A DNA stretch of 63,951 nt, filler included, from an uncultured bacterium (GTDB taxonomy: Bacteria; Hinthialibacterota; Hinthialibacteria; Hinthialibacterales; Hinthialibacteraceae): the NCBI GenBank assembly GCA_964449065.1. It is 3 parts of 3 records of this genome, joined end to end, with 100 filler letters (N's around TTAATTAATTAA, not from the genome) between each part and the next. Parts side by side here need not be neighbours in the genome. Positions count along the whole stretch, not along the records: positions 23,144 to 46,074 come from CAYVAZ010000037.1; 2 more parts are not named here. One strand, given 5' to 3'. Below, piece by piece: positions 30,401 through 40,552 of this stretch. The translations under genes were made by a program, and so were the position numbers. The notes beneath the pieces are model-generated. The model was not told where the DNA came from and did not search any database. It saw nothing but the letters and a program-made list of their open reading frames with translations. Position 1 is the stretch's first letter. The number at the start of each line of letters is the position of its first letter.

Positions 30401-30432
30401 TGTCCTCTTTCGTATTTCGCATTTCGCATTTC

Positions 30433-30774
30433 TTACCGGCTTCCCATGCGTTTGGGCTTAAACACCCCGACCGGCTTACGCTGCTGCCAGGTCGAGGGTT
30501 TCTTTTGCTGCTGGGCCTGCTCGTCCCTTTTCTTCTGCCGCGAATACATCGACCGTCCGCTGGAACGAACAAACTTGTGAAGTTTCTTTTTATAGACATA
30601 AAAATCCAGCACGCTAATCGTAATGTCATCCACAATCCGGCTTACCGCCTTGGGGATAAACACATAATTGTCCGCGTTGTTCGGTTCATGCCCTTTCGTG
30701 TCCGTAAAACAGCATACGTGATAATACTTCCCAACTTCTTCTTCCAACACACCGTTTAAAAACAACTCAGCCAT
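30433..30774 (-). CDS. Hypothetical protein with basic C-terminus
   Basis: ATG overlaps end of pgeF with GAGG upstream; no recognised motif. Confidence 0.55.
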   Translation of the reverse strand: MAELFLNGVLEEEVGKYYHVCCFTDTKGHEPNNADNYVFIPKAVSRIVDDITISVLDFYVYKKKLHKFVRSSGRSMYSRQKKRDEQAQQQKKPSTWQQRKPVGVFKPKRMGSR

Positions 30775-31543
30775 TCCTCTTTCCTATTACCGCCAAATTA
30801 TGTCCCACGACCGCGCCGTCTCTCCGGTACGAAAACATGTCCCGGTTTTGATAGGTGCAGTGCGCCGCTGTCTCAATATTATCCGGCAAAACCCCGGCCC
30901 TGACAAGCTGGTGCCGGTTTAACTCCTTGAGATCCAAATACAGTGAATCCCTCTCATAAAACATGGTATCGCACGTTCCCCATCTTTCTTGAAATTGATC
31001 CCAAACTTCCCTGCCGACTTCAAAATGGTGATGAGATATTCCCGGCCCAATCCAAACCAGCAATCCCGCCGCATCCATCTCGAACCGCCTCCTCATTTCT
31101 TGTACCGTATGCCCCCCGATGTTGTCCAACGAACCGCGCCATCCCGCATGGACAATCCCTACCGCTCTTCCCTCTCGTTCCGCGATAAACACGGGCAAGC
31201 AATCGGCAATTAACACAGCAAGAGGTACATCCGAAACCTCAGTGATCATGGCATCGCCTTCTCCGATTTGCTTGGTACCGTCTAATGCTCCTGCTCCCCG
31301 CTGCCCGGCCCGGACATTCCAAACCGCTGTGCCGTGGACTTGATAAACATGAGTCAATCGGGTTTCATCGATCTTTAACATCCCGCAAGCTTGACGGCGG
31401 GCTTGCAGCACGGTTTCGATTGAACCGTTCTTGAAACTGAAGTTATAAGCGGTATCCGGCGTTTTTCCGTTCCGGCCGGGATAAAAAAATCCGTGAAAAA
31501 CACGATCCACTTGTGATAATAAGGAAGACTGTAAAATATGCAT
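30767..31543 (-). CDS. pgeF: PgeF/YfiH family protein
   Basis: QVHG, ADCLPV, HAGWRG, IGPGIS, CT....FSYRR. Confidence 0.9.
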   Translation of the reverse strand: MHILQSSLLSQVDRVFHGFFYPGRNGKTPDTAYNFSFKNGSIETVLQARRQACGMLKIDETRLTHVYQVHGTAVWNVRAGQRGAGALDGTKQIGEGDAMITEVSDVPLAVLIADCLPVFIAEREGRAVGIVHAGWRGSLDNIGGHTVQEMRRRFEMDAAGLLVWIGPGISHHHFEVGREVWDQFQERWGTCDTMFYERDSLYLDLKELNRHQLVRAGVLPDNIETAAHCTYQNRDMFSYRRDGAVVGHNLAVIGKRNG

Positions 31544-31700
31544 AGTCACCATTTTTTTATTGACAGTTATGTTCACTTTTCCAGTTGTTCATACGTTATA
31601 AGGATGAAGTATCCTATATGGAGATTGATTGCGTATTCAGGAATGATACGATTATAACTCTTATGCTTTTTCAACCAACAAATTTGTTCGGATATCATGC

Positions 31701-32798
31701 GTGACCAAAATGTTGAAACAGTTCCTTACGATATGTATAAGCGCCGGATTGCTCATCCATTCCACCGCATGTTCCAATGCTCCGGATGAAACTCCGCAAC
31801 CCCCAATTCAAGAACTCATTGCACAAAACCGCTTGGACGAAGCGCAAGAACGGCTTCGCTCGGCGCTCATTCAAAATCCACGCAATGCCGATTTGCATTA
31901 CAATATGTCTGTAGTGCAACGGCTGCAAGGCAATCTTGTCAAAGCCAGAAGCAGCGCTTCCAAAGCCTTTTCTTACGCTCCGAACGATCCGGAAGTTAAA
32001 TTGCTCATGGTTGAGTATGCACTGGAATTCGGCGAAACAGATGAAGCCTTGGATTTGTATCATAGTTTACCTTCCGAAATCCGTGTCACTCCCCGAGCCT
32101 TATCCATACACGGAATTCTGCTCTCACAACAGCGCAAGTGGCAGCAAGCGTCTATCGCCTTTCAAAACGCCATAGACCAAGGCAGCCAAGATCCAGCCAC
32201 CTATGCCGCTTTGGCCAATTCACTCATTCAGCAAGGAGAAGTTGATCAGGCAAAAACTTACTTGCAAAAAGCGGAATCTCTTAACCCCAACGAATCGGAC
32301 AGCATCCGGCAGATTGCCGAATGCTACTTGGCCCTGACCGACGCGAAAAAAGCGCGCGATTTGGCCATGCCAATTGCCAACGATCGCCCCAACGATGCCC
32401 GGATATGGTCGCTCATTGGCCGCACGGAAATGATCTTGCTGCGCTTCCGTGAATCCGAAAGCGCGTTCACGCGCGCGTTAGCCGCCCCCAACGCCACTCC
32501 CTGGCATAAGGTCGATTACGCTATGATGCTCTTCGCCGCCCAGCGTGAGAGCGAAGCGTTGAAACAGGCCGCTTCGGCAGAAAGCCGGTTGGCAGCCGAC
32601 AGCATCCGAATACACAATCCCGCCTTGTTCAACCTGCTGGCCACACTCTACGCGCGGGACAGCCAGTGGCTGATGGCTAACAAATATCTCACTCAGTCCA
32701 TTCAAGTGAACCCCAACCAGCCTAAAGTGCGCGAACTGCTGGCAAAAGTCCAAACCCATTTCAATGCAGCCACAGGGGATAATGGAAGCTCCAATTAA
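31701..32798 (+). CDS. TPR-repeat exported/lipoprotein
   Basis: Signal peptide ending STAC; multiple TPR-like units. Confidence 0.8.
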   Translation: MTKMLKQFLTICISAGLLIHSTACSNAPDETPQPPIQELIAQNRLDEAQERLRSALIQNPRNADLHYNMSVVQRLQGNLVKARSSASKAFSYAPNDPEVKLLMVEYALEFGETDEALDLYHSLPSEIRVTPRALSIHGILLSQQRKWQQASIAFQNAIDQGSQDPATYAALANSLIQQGEVDQAKTYLQKAESLNPNESDSIRQIAECYLALTDAKKARDLAMPIANDRPNDARIWSLIGRTEMILLRFRESESAFTRALAAPNATPWHKVDYAMMLFAAQRESEALKQAASAESRLAADSIRIHNPALFNLLATLYARDSQWLMANKYLTQSIQVNPNQPKVRELLAKVQTHFNAATGDNGSSN

Positions 32799-33312
32799 CA
32801 AGATTCTTATTGATGAAGAAACACTCCTTCAACGGGTGCATGAGTTGGCGGATGAGATTAACGCGCATTACAATCAAAGCGATGAGATCATCGTCATTTC
32901 CATCTTAAAAGGTTCCGTTTTGTTTATGGCCGATTTGGTCAAGCAACTGAAGATGAGCGTGGAATTCGGGTTTCTGTTCTTCTCCAGCTACGGCGGCGGG
33001 AAGACGCCCCAAACAAAAATCAAAGTGTTTGAACTTCCCATCCCCGATTTACACGGCCGGCATGTTCTACTGATTGAAGACATATTCGATACCGGAGCCA
33101 GCATCAAACACGCTTATGAAATATGCGCAGCGCACAACCCCGCCTCCTTAAAGACCTGCGTTTTGTTGGTGAAAGAAAAAAACATAGACCAAAAAGAACT
33201 CACCATCGACTTCAAAGGCTTCGATATCCCCAACCAATTTGTCGTAGGATACGGCTTGGATTACAACGAAAAATACCGCAACCTGCCATTCATCGGCGTG
33301 TTGAATCAATAG
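32782..33312 (+). CDS. hpt: Hypoxanthine phosphoribosyltransferase
   Basis: ILKGS..F.ADL, SSYG, VLLIEDIFDTG, FVVGYGLDY.E.YRNLP. Confidence 0.93.
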   Translation: MEAPINKILIDEETLLQRVHELADEINAHYNQSDEIIVISILKGSVLFMADLVKQLKMSVEFGFLFFSSYGGGKTPQTKIKVFELPIPDLHGRHVLLIEDIFDTGASIKHAYEICAAHNPASLKTCVLLVKEKNIDQKELTIDFKGFDIPNQFVVGYGLDYNEKYRNLPFIGVLNQ

Positions 33313-33487
33313 CATTCATGTTGGGGATCACCGCTTTCTGACGGGAAACCAACCGGTTATCATCTATCAAAACAGAAGATGAAAATCGTTCGAATGAAAC
33401 GTAAGAAATTTCCGTTAGAACATAATGATTCTACAAAATGGTTTTTGATGTTATACTAAGTCTAAATTTTCTGTTAATGAGGTTTTC

Positions 33488-33691
33488 ATGAGCACACTTG
33501 TTAAAAACAATGAAAACAAAAAAAGCCTAAAAACCTATACTTTATCTCAAGAAAGTATCGATCAAATCATTTCAAAATTAGGGCCTTACAAAAAAATGAC
33601 CCTCCAAGAATGTCAAGAAATGGCTGCGAAAAAATTGGGGGAAGAAGGTTTATCATCTGCTATAATTGAAGAGCGAAATGAAGGAAGATGA
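33488..33691 (+). CDS. Probable VapB-type antitoxin
   Basis: Small ORF ending LSSAIIEER.EGR, overlapping the PIN gene; GAGG SD. Confidence 0.65.
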   Translation: MSTLVKNNENKKSLKTYTLSQESIDQIISKLGPYKKMTLQECQEMAAKKLGEEGLSSAIIEERNEGR

Positions 33692-34205
33692 CATTCAGAT
33701 CATACTAAATTTTTATTTAGACACTTCAGCAATTGCAAAGCGATATTGCCGTGAAGCAGGCACACATTTCATCAACTCTCTTTATGAAAATGTTATTAGG
33801 ACCGATCAAATTATTTATTTCGCTGAACATACTATTTCTGAAGTTGGTTCCACAATTTACAGAAAAATGCGTGAGGGAAAATTCGATGCAGAAGAATCCA
33901 CTACTTTATTAACTCATTTTTTAATGGAAAGTAAATCGTCAATTCAATTTATCGAAACCAATGAATCCCTTTATCTCAATACTTTTGATTTCTTAAAAAA
34001 ATACACGCTTCGCTCGGCTGACGCCATTCACCTTGCAGCAGCGTTTGAAGTATATAAGTTGCATGGCAATAATCTGTTTTTTATCTCCGATGATAAAAAA
34101 CAATGCGAAGCCGCTTCAAGTGAAGGGCTTCGCGTTGTTCTACCGTCGGATTCCAATTCGTTAGACTACATCCAACACGTTTACGGCATTTCCGGCTCTT
34201 CGTAA
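33678..34205 (+). CDS. VapC family PIN-domain toxin
   Basis: YLDTSAIAKRY..E.G, E, LRSADAIHLAAA, FISDD. Confidence 0.9.
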   Translation: MKEDDIQIILNFYLDTSAIAKRYCREAGTHFINSLYENVIRTDQIIYFAEHTISEVGSTIYRKMREGKFDAEESTTLLTHFLMESKSSIQFIETNESLYLNTFDFLKKYTLRSADAIHLAAAFEVYKLHGNNLFFISDDKKQCEAASSEGLRVVLPSDSNSLDYIQHVYGISGSS

Positions 34206-35191
34206 ATCGGATAGTCGCCGGAAAGCGCATGGATAAACGCCACCAACTGATCGATCTCATCATCCGATAACTTCGGCATGACCTTCAAAATCGCGTGGCG
34301 GTTGGGGTTATCCACGCCGCCGTCAGCCATAATTTTTACTGCCTCTTTTAACGTGTTTACGCTTCCATCATGGAAGTACGGACCGGTGTGTTCCGCCTCA
34401 CGCAATGTCGGTACACGGTAAGCGCCTTTGTCCCCGGGAACCCCCGTCACAGCCATGCGTCCTTCGCCTTGATGGCCGATACCGGTGTTGACAAAGTTGC
34501 CGTTGGTAAACAACGGAGCAGTATGGCAGGTCGAGCAAAGCGCTTTGCCAAAGAACAAGTTCATCCCCTTTTTCTCGATATCATCCAACGCGTCTTCATC
34601 GCCGTTTTTGTATTGATCGTACGGCGAGTTTCCGGATAGCACGGTACGCTCAAACGCGGCAATGGCTTTGGTCATGGTTTCTTGGCTTGCCGACTCACCA
34701 AATACGGATTCAAATCGTTCCTTATACTCCGGAATGGAATTCAATTCTTTGGCGATATCGGGAATTTGATGCCCCATCTCAATCGGGTTTTCCATCGGGC
34801 CGGCGGCTTGTTCTTCCAACGAACCCATTCGGCCATCCCAGAACATCGTGGTCATATACGCCGAGTTGATCACTGTGGGAGAATTCATATCCCCCAATTG
34901 TCCATCAATCCCTTCGGATGTCGCCCGCGGTTCCGCATACGCGTGTTTGGGATCATGGCATGTTGCGCACGACAACGATTTATCTTTGCTAAGACGCTTA
35001 TCAAAATAAAGCATCTTGCCCAATTCCACTTTTTCCATGGTCATCGGGTTATCAGCCGGCACAGGAAGCGGCGGCAAACCAAGCGGCGGCGCGAATTGTT
35101 CGTCTTGCGCGTTCGCATGCGGTTGAACGGCGATGCATGCTCCAACTGCGATCAGGGTTCCAACAAATAAGTTTACGCTAGGGTATTTCAT
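34181..35191 (-). CDS. Di-heme cytochrome c peroxidase/MauG family
   Basis: Signal peptide, LG..LYFD.RLS, CATCH, FWDGR, CSTCH, VPTLR, PYFHDG. Confidence 0.92.
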   Translation of the reverse strand: MKYPSVNLFVGTLIAVGACIAVQPHANAQDEQFAPPLGLPPLPVPADNPMTMEKVELGKMLYFDKRLSKDKSLSCATCHDPKHAYAEPRATSEGIDGQLGDMNSPTVINSAYMTTMFWDGRMGSLEEQAAGPMENPIEMGHQIPDIAKELNSIPEYKERFESVFGESASQETMTKAIAAFERTVLSGNSPYDQYKNGDEDALDDIEKKGMNLFFGKALCSTCHTAPLFTNGNFVNTGIGHQGEGRMAVTGVPGDKGAYRVPTLREAEHTGPYFHDGSVNTLKEAVKIMADGGVDNPNRHAILKVMPKLSDDEIDQLVAFIHALSGDYPIYEEPEMP

Positions 35192-35403
35192 GATGTTATC
35201 CTCCGGTGGGTTTTACACTATAAAAATGATATAAGTGGTTGTATGGTATTAAAGAGAAAGACATCGGTATTTTCTAGTTTTATTGACACAAAAAACCGTT
35301 AATCTTTTGTTAAAGCGGGAGAAACAAACCCCGCAAAAATATCGACAGACTTAATAGAGAAGTCATCAGATAGTAACACGATCGAATGAAGGAGAGAAAG
35401 ACG

Positions 35404-36645
35404 ATGAGTACAAACCAAGACACACGCAGAGAGTTTATGAAAAAAAGCACCGGTACAGTCGCCATGATGAGCGCCCCGATGGTGTTGTCAAAACAAGTGT
35501 TCGGTGCCAACGACAAGATCGGAATGGGCATTGTCGGCCCCGGACGCCGCGGCAGCCAGTTGATGAATGAGTTCAGCCGCTTGAACGACTGCCGCTTTGT
35601 CGCAGCCTGTGATTTAAACCAAGACCGCGTCGATCACATCGCCGGACGATACAAGATTAATTCCTACACCAACTTCAAAGAAATGTTTGAGAACAACGAT
35701 GTCGATGCCGCCATCGTCGCCACCCCGGATCACTGGCACGCCATCGTCAGCATCTACGCCTGCATGGCCGGAAAAGATGTCTATGTCGAAAAACCCATGA
35801 CCCTCACCATCGCGGAAGGGCGCGCCATGACCAATGCCGCACGCAAATATGAGCGAATCGTGCAATGCGGCAGCCAGCAGCGTTCCGATGCCAAAAGCCG
35901 TAAAGGCTGTGAATTGGTCCGCAATGAAGTGGTCGGCAAAATCCACACCGCCCACGGCGCCAACTATCCCAGCCCGTGGGAACAACCCATGCCATCAGAA
36001 CCCGTTCCGGAAGGCCTGGATTGGGATACGTGGATCGGCCCATGCCAATCCCGCCCCTATCATCATGACATCTACATTCCACGCGCCCGTCCCGGATGGA
36101 TATCCTTCACGGAATTCTCCGGCGGGGAAGTGACCGGTTGGGGAGCGCACGGCGTCGATATGATTCAATGGGCGTTGGGCAAATCACATACCGGCCCGAA
36201 AAAAATCTGGACAGAAGGCAACCCGCGCAAACTCGACCGCATCGTCCACATGGAATACGCCGATGGAACCAAACTCTCGTTCGACGGCAAAGGGCCGGAA
36301 GGCGGCGGTGTCTTTGACGGTGAAGACGGTTCCATCATGGTCAGTAGAGGCACATACAAAGTCAATCCAAACAATCTGGAGACGGATGAACTCGCGGTTC
36401 GGTTGCCGGTCAGCAACAACCACGCACAAAACTTTTTGGATTGTATACGCAGCCGTGAACTGCCCATTGCCGATGTGGAAGAAGCACACCGTTCCACCAC
36501 CGTGTGCCATTTGATCAACATCGCCCGCTGGACCTACCGCGAGCTGGAATGGGATCCGGACAAAGAAGTATTTGTGGATGACGATGACGCCAACACCTTT
36601 TTAGACCGCCAACGCCGCAGCCCCTGGGAACTCCCCATTGTATAA
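35404..36645 (+). CDS. Tat-exported Gfo/Idh/MocA oxidoreductase
   Basis: TRREFMK, VATPDHWH, GKDVYVEKP, GSQQRS, WGAH..D. Confidence 0.92.
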   Translation: MSTNQDTRREFMKKSTGTVAMMSAPMVLSKQVFGANDKIGMGIVGPGRRGSQLMNEFSRLNDCRFVAACDLNQDRVDHIAGRYKINSYTNFKEMFENNDVDAAIVATPDHWHAIVSIYACMAGKDVYVEKPMTLTIAEGRAMTNAARKYERIVQCGSQQRSDAKSRKGCELVRNEVVGKIHTAHGANYPSPWEQPMPSEPVPEGLDWDTWIGPCQSRPYHHDIYIPRARPGWISFTEFSGGEVTGWGAHGVDMIQWALGKSHTGPKKIWTEGNPRKLDRIVHMEYADGTKLSFDGKGPEGGGVFDGEDGSIMVSRGTYKVNPNNLETDELAVRLPVSNNHAQNFLDCIRSRELPIADVEEAHRSTTVCHLINIARWTYRELEWDPDKEVFVDDDDANTFLDRQRRSPWELPIV

Positions 36646-36813
36646 TGTATGCGGTGCAACTTTTTATCCTATCTGCAAATGCCCTCCCCAAAATTGGGGA
36701 GGGTTCGGATGGGGTTGAGTCGTTTGACTTAGAATTCATCTTTCTTTCATCATTTAAAACGCTCGCTTCCGCCTCTACCCCTAAGATGAGGAAGTATTTA
36801 GAGGAAGTTCATT

Positions 36814-37710
36814 ATGAAGATTTTTGTCTCTATCTTTTCAATTGTTTTATTTACATCCATTGTGTGTTCAGCCCAGTCGTATCAATATGGTGCACACAAC
36901 ACCGAAGACGGTATCAGCATCACCTTAAACGGTGAACTGTTTACCACTTACAAAACCGGCAAGGATTTAAAGTATCCCTACTTCTACCCGGTGAACGGCC
37001 CCAAAAGCGGGGAAAGCGTTACCACCGAATCCACCGAGCCTTATCCCCATCACCACTCCCTCTTCTTCGGTTGTGACAAAGTGAACGGCGGCAATTACTG
37101 GCAAGAAGGCCTGGAACGCGGCCAAATTGTTTCTCAAACCGTCAAGAATATTAAAGCCACCGGCTCGTATGTTGAATTCAGCAACGAATGCTTGTGGGTG
37201 CGTGAAGATGCCCCTTCCCCCTTTAAGGATGAACGGGTGATCCGTATCAGCGCCCCATCAGAAGATATCCGCTACATTGATTTCTTCATCCGACTTACCG
37301 CGTTAGAGGATGTTCGGATCAACAAATCCAATCACGCTCTGTTCTCGGCCCGCGTGGTGCCGGAACTCTCCGGGAAAGAAGGCGGCACACTGGTCAATGC
37401 GGAAGGAGATTCCGGAGAAAAAGCCACCTTCGGCAAAAAATCCGCTTGGATGGACTATTGGGGAACCCGCCAAGACGGTACCAAAGAAGGCATCGCGATC
37501 ATGGATCATCCCGGTAACCGCTGGCACCCAAGCACGTGGTTTACCCGCGATTACGGCTTCTTCTCTCCCACACCCATGAACTGGCTGGAAAACGGCTTTA
37601 TCGAGTTTAAAAAAGATGAGACGCTGGAATTAAAATACCGGGTGGTTGTACACGCCGGGGATACGAAATCAGCGGATATAAATATTCACTATAAAGACTG
37701 GGTAAAATAA
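36814..37710 (+). CDS. Secreted PF14100/DUF6807-like beta-rich protein
   Basis: Signal peptide, PYFYPV.GP, HHHSLFFG, W.DY.G, GIAI.DHP.N, W..RDYG. Confidence 0.75.
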   Translation: MKIFVSIFSIVLFTSIVCSAQSYQYGAHNTEDGISITLNGELFTTYKTGKDLKYPYFYPVNGPKSGESVTTESTEPYPHHHSLFFGCDKVNGGNYWQEGLERGQIVSQTVKNIKATGSYVEFSNECLWVREDAPSPFKDERVIRISAPSEDIRYIDFFIRLTALEDVRINKSNHALFSARVVPELSGKEGGTLVNAEGDSGEKATFGKKSAWMDYWGTRQDGTKEGIAIMDHPGNRWHPSTWFTRDYGFFSPTPMNWLENGFIEFKKDETLELKYRVVVHAGDTKSADINIHYKDWVK

Positions 37711-37717
37711 AAACCTC

Positions 37718-37944
37718 TAAAATGAAAGAAGCCATCTAAAAGGAGGGAGATGGCTTCTTTCCTACCTGTCGGGCGGATTATCCGTCGTGATCATGGTAGG
37801 TTTTCCTTTACACCCGGCTCGCGAAAACCGGGTTATGTGATTGGGGATGCCGGTAATTTCCGGTCATCCGAAATTGGGCAGGTCTTGCTGCCCTCCCTGA
37901 TAGGACTCTTTGCGTCGTTCCACGAACTCTGCGTCGTCCTTCAT
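37718..37944 (-). ncRNA. Candidate novel structured small RNA
   Basis: Promoter upstream, five consecutive stems and a 14-bp terminator stem; no long ORF. Confidence 0.55.
37724..37761. terminator. Bidirectional intrinsic terminator
   Basis: GAAAGAAGCCATCT-10 nt-AGATGGCTTCTTTC between convergent units. Confidence 0.8.
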
Positions 37945-37949
37945 TAATG

Positions 37950-37978
37950 AATCTAACACAATCTTAATTTTAAGTCAA
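37950..37978 (-). promoter_or_regulatory. Putative sigma70 promoter for the candidate sRNA
   Basis: TTGACT-17 nt-TAGATT with TGn extended -10. Confidence 0.6.
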
Positions 37979-39109
37979 CTACTTTTTGTTATTTTTTTTT
38001 GGATTTTTTTTGGCTTTTATATAATGCCAAATTTCTTCTTGTATCCCTTTTTTTAATTCAACCCGAACGCGGTACGCCAAACTTTTTTCCGGCACGATTC
38101 CAGGGTGTGTCCACAGGTAGATTTGGTTCTGATCATCTACCTGTCTTTCATAGTGTGGTATGGGTTTAAACGGTTCAAGCAGACCGGTTTGAAATTCCAA
38201 TTCGATGCGTTCCACTTCAAAGCGCTTCGGGACTGTCGCGTAAAAATGAATGGGACTGTCAGGTTCTGGAGCAAGGGGATCATGCCGTATCGAAAACGTC
38301 GAGAATAAATCATTCTTTTGAATCGGCGTTTCTTTCCAACCCAGTGCTCTCTTTTGATCTTCATTGATCCATGCCGATTGTATTGAATCCACATACTGGG
38401 CCAAACTCATCACCGAGTCGTCATTCGGTTCGGGATGCGGCAACCCAATGGTATGACCGATCCCTTCATGATAAAACACACAATCCGTCCCTTTCATCGG
38501 CACCCGCCAGCCGTCCGCGGTTACCAATCCATACCCCTGATTCCGGTGAATCCAATACACCGCTCTTGATCCACCGCATCGTGTCCCCGGCCGGTGATCC
38601 CCATCCTCTCTCACATACCCGTTACAATCCTGGTGAGGAGCATCGAACAAGCAACCCTCTCCATCACATATCCGCGTCCAGTCATCATAACTGCTGGAAA
38701 AATTGATATCCGACATCACCAACAATACCGGAAAATCCCCCTCTCTATAGCTCACGATACCTGCCTGAGACACTTCCATTATAAGATCCCAAAAAAAATT
38801 GTTGGGATCGTTTTTCGGCAATTCTTCATACGTCTTTTTCGATTCAAAAGGAGTGGGATGCAAATGGATTCGAATCTGAGACTGTCCGCAAAACTCCCGC
38901 AAATGAAATTTCTTCGCGCGGTCAATATGATATTGAATCCGTTCCTGCCAGTCTGGAAGCGGATCACTTTCTTTGGACAAATAATAGACTACCTGCACAT
39001 CGATCCGCTCAATCAAATCCGTACCATTAAAGGTATGCATCTGCGCGGAAACCGTCTGAGGAATCAACAACGATAACGTGACGATAAAAAGGATACAAAT
39101 GTTCTTCAT
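37979..39109 (-). CDS. Secreted putative zinc metallopeptidase-like protein
   Basis: Signal peptide; HEGIGHTIGLPH followed by SVMS (Met-turn-like). Confidence 0.6.
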   Translation of the reverse strand: MKNICILFIVTLSLLIPQTVSAQMHTFNGTDLIERIDVQVVYYLSKESDPLPDWQERIQYHIDRAKKFHLREFCGQSQIRIHLHPTPFESKKTYEELPKNDPNNFFWDLIMEVSQAGIVSYREGDFPVLLVMSDINFSSSYDDWTRICDGEGCLFDAPHQDCNGYVREDGDHRPGTRCGGSRAVYWIHRNQGYGLVTADGWRVPMKGTDCVFYHEGIGHTIGLPHPEPNDDSVMSLAQYVDSIQSAWINEDQKRALGWKETPIQKNDLFSTFSIRHDPLAPEPDSPIHFYATVPKRFEVERIELEFQTGLLEPFKPIPHYERQVDDQNQIYLWTHPGIVPEKSLAYRVRVELKKGIQEEIWHYIKAKKNPKKNNKK

Positions 39110-39207
39110 CTGGAAGACATCTTTCCGTTAGAGAAATAGCAGGGGTTGTTTAAAAAAGCCCTTGCTACTTGTATGGGTTATATGAAAGAAAGAGTATCCC
39201 GTATGAA

Positions 39208-40530
39208 TTAAATCTCCAGGCTCCACGGCTTGCGGTATTCATAGTGCAGCATGTCGTTGGCGCCCTGATCCCCGATGATTTGTTCATTCTCCGGATTCCA
39301 ACGCAAATCGCGTCCGGTTTGCAGCGCGATGTTGCCGAGATGCGCGATCGAAATCGAGCGGTGAGCCACCTCAACCGGGGCCACAGGTTCTTTACGCGAT
39401 ATCACGCAATCCACAAAGTTGGTGACATGATCCTCGCTTTTGTAGAGATGAATTTCATCCTCGTGAATTTTTTCATCCAACAATGCTTTTGGTTTTGCAT
39501 CGTGATTGCCGCGGTTGGCCCATACTTCGCCATCCGTGCCGTAAAAGGTGACACCGCCTCGCTCTTTGTTTGAAATAATGAGAGTAACACCGTTTTCGTA
39601 TTCGCATTCAAAATAGTACTCGGTCGCGGTGTTGTAGACTTTATGTTCAGCAAACTTGCCTTTGGCGTTTTTAATCTTCACAGGGCCGGTGTATTCCGTA
39701 TCCATCCCCCATTGCGCGATATCGGGATGATGGCCGCCCCAATCGGTGATCTGCCCGCCGGAATAATCCAGCACCCAACGGAAGTTCACACCCACACGCG
39801 CTGGACAATAGTAAGCCGTCTCTGCGGGCCCCAGCCACATGTCATACGCGAATCCTTCCGGCACCGGCACCGGGTCAACCAAATGAGCCGTCTTGCCATA
39901 ATCGGGAATGCCTCCCGGCAGGCCGCATTTCACCGTATGCAGTTTGCCGATACGCCCGTTGCGCACCAATTCACATGCACGGCGGAAGTTGTGGTCGGAT
40001 CGTTGCTGACTGCCGGTTTGCCAAATCACATTATTGCGTTTGACCGCATCGCTCATCATCCGCCCTTCTTTGACGGTGAGAGAAAGCGGCTTTTGCCCGT
40101 AGATATCCTTCTTGGCATTGGCGGCCATGATGGCGATAATCGCGTGCCAGTGATCCGGTGTGCCGATGTAAATGCAGTCAATATCATCCCGGGCAATGAC
40201 ATCACGGAAGTCTTCATACGCCCCGCAGCTGTTATCGCTGTAAAAATCATTGACGGTGCGCCGCGCCGGTTCCCTTCCCCGGACGGTACCGCCCCAATAG
40301 CCGGGACCCTCTTTGTTCACGTCACAGACCGCCAGCACACGCATACGGTCATCGCGGAGAAAATTATGTAGCCAATTGGTGCCGTTATTTCCAGTGCCAA
40401 TAAAACCGATGGTGATCTTATTGCTGGGCGCGTCTTGCCCGATGACAGAAGCCGGCAAGATCATTGGTAAACTTGACAGGACAGAAACGGATTTCAAAAA
40501 TGCTCTACGGGATTGCTGGATTGTTTTCAT
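39208..40530 (-). CDS. Tat-exported Gfo/Idh/MocA oxidoreductase
   Basis: SRRAFLK, IGTG..G, TPDHWH, GQKPLS, GSQQRS, DWGGHH.D. Confidence 0.92.
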   Translation of the reverse strand: MKTIQQSRRAFLKSVSVLSSLPMILPASVIGQDAPSNKITIGFIGTGNNGTNWLHNFLRDDRMRVLAVCDVNKEGPGYWGGTVRGREPARRTVNDFYSDNSCGAYEDFRDVIARDDIDCIYIGTPDHWHAIIAIMAANAKKDIYGQKPLSLTVKEGRMMSDAVKRNNVIWQTGSQQRSDHNFRRACELVRNGRIGKLHTVKCGLPGGIPDYGKTAHLVDPVPVPEGFAYDMWLGPAETAYYCPARVGVNFRWVLDYSGGQITDWGGHHPDIAQWGMDTEYTGPVKIKNAKGKFAEHKVYNTATEYYFECEYENGVTLIISNKERGGVTFYGTDGEVWANRGNHDAKPKALLDEKIHEDEIHLYKSEDHVTNFVDCVISRKEPVAPVEVAHRSISIAHLGNIALQTGRDLRWNPENEQIIGDQGANDMLHYEYRKPWSLEI

Positions 40531-40552
40531 ATCAATTCCCCAATTTTAGAAA

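Noticed and set aside
30408..30432. TTTCG(T/C)A heptamer x3.5
   Set aside because: Short intergenic microsatellite with no evidence of function
36814..37710. Methane monooxygenase subunit
   Set aside because: Soluble secreted protein without pMMO TM helices or pmoB/C; the family name is misleading
37905..37940. c-di-GMP-I riboswitch (GACGCAAAG on minus strand)
   Set aside because: Lacks the GCAAAC/GAAA-tetraloop stem and receptor, and no downstream gene on that strand
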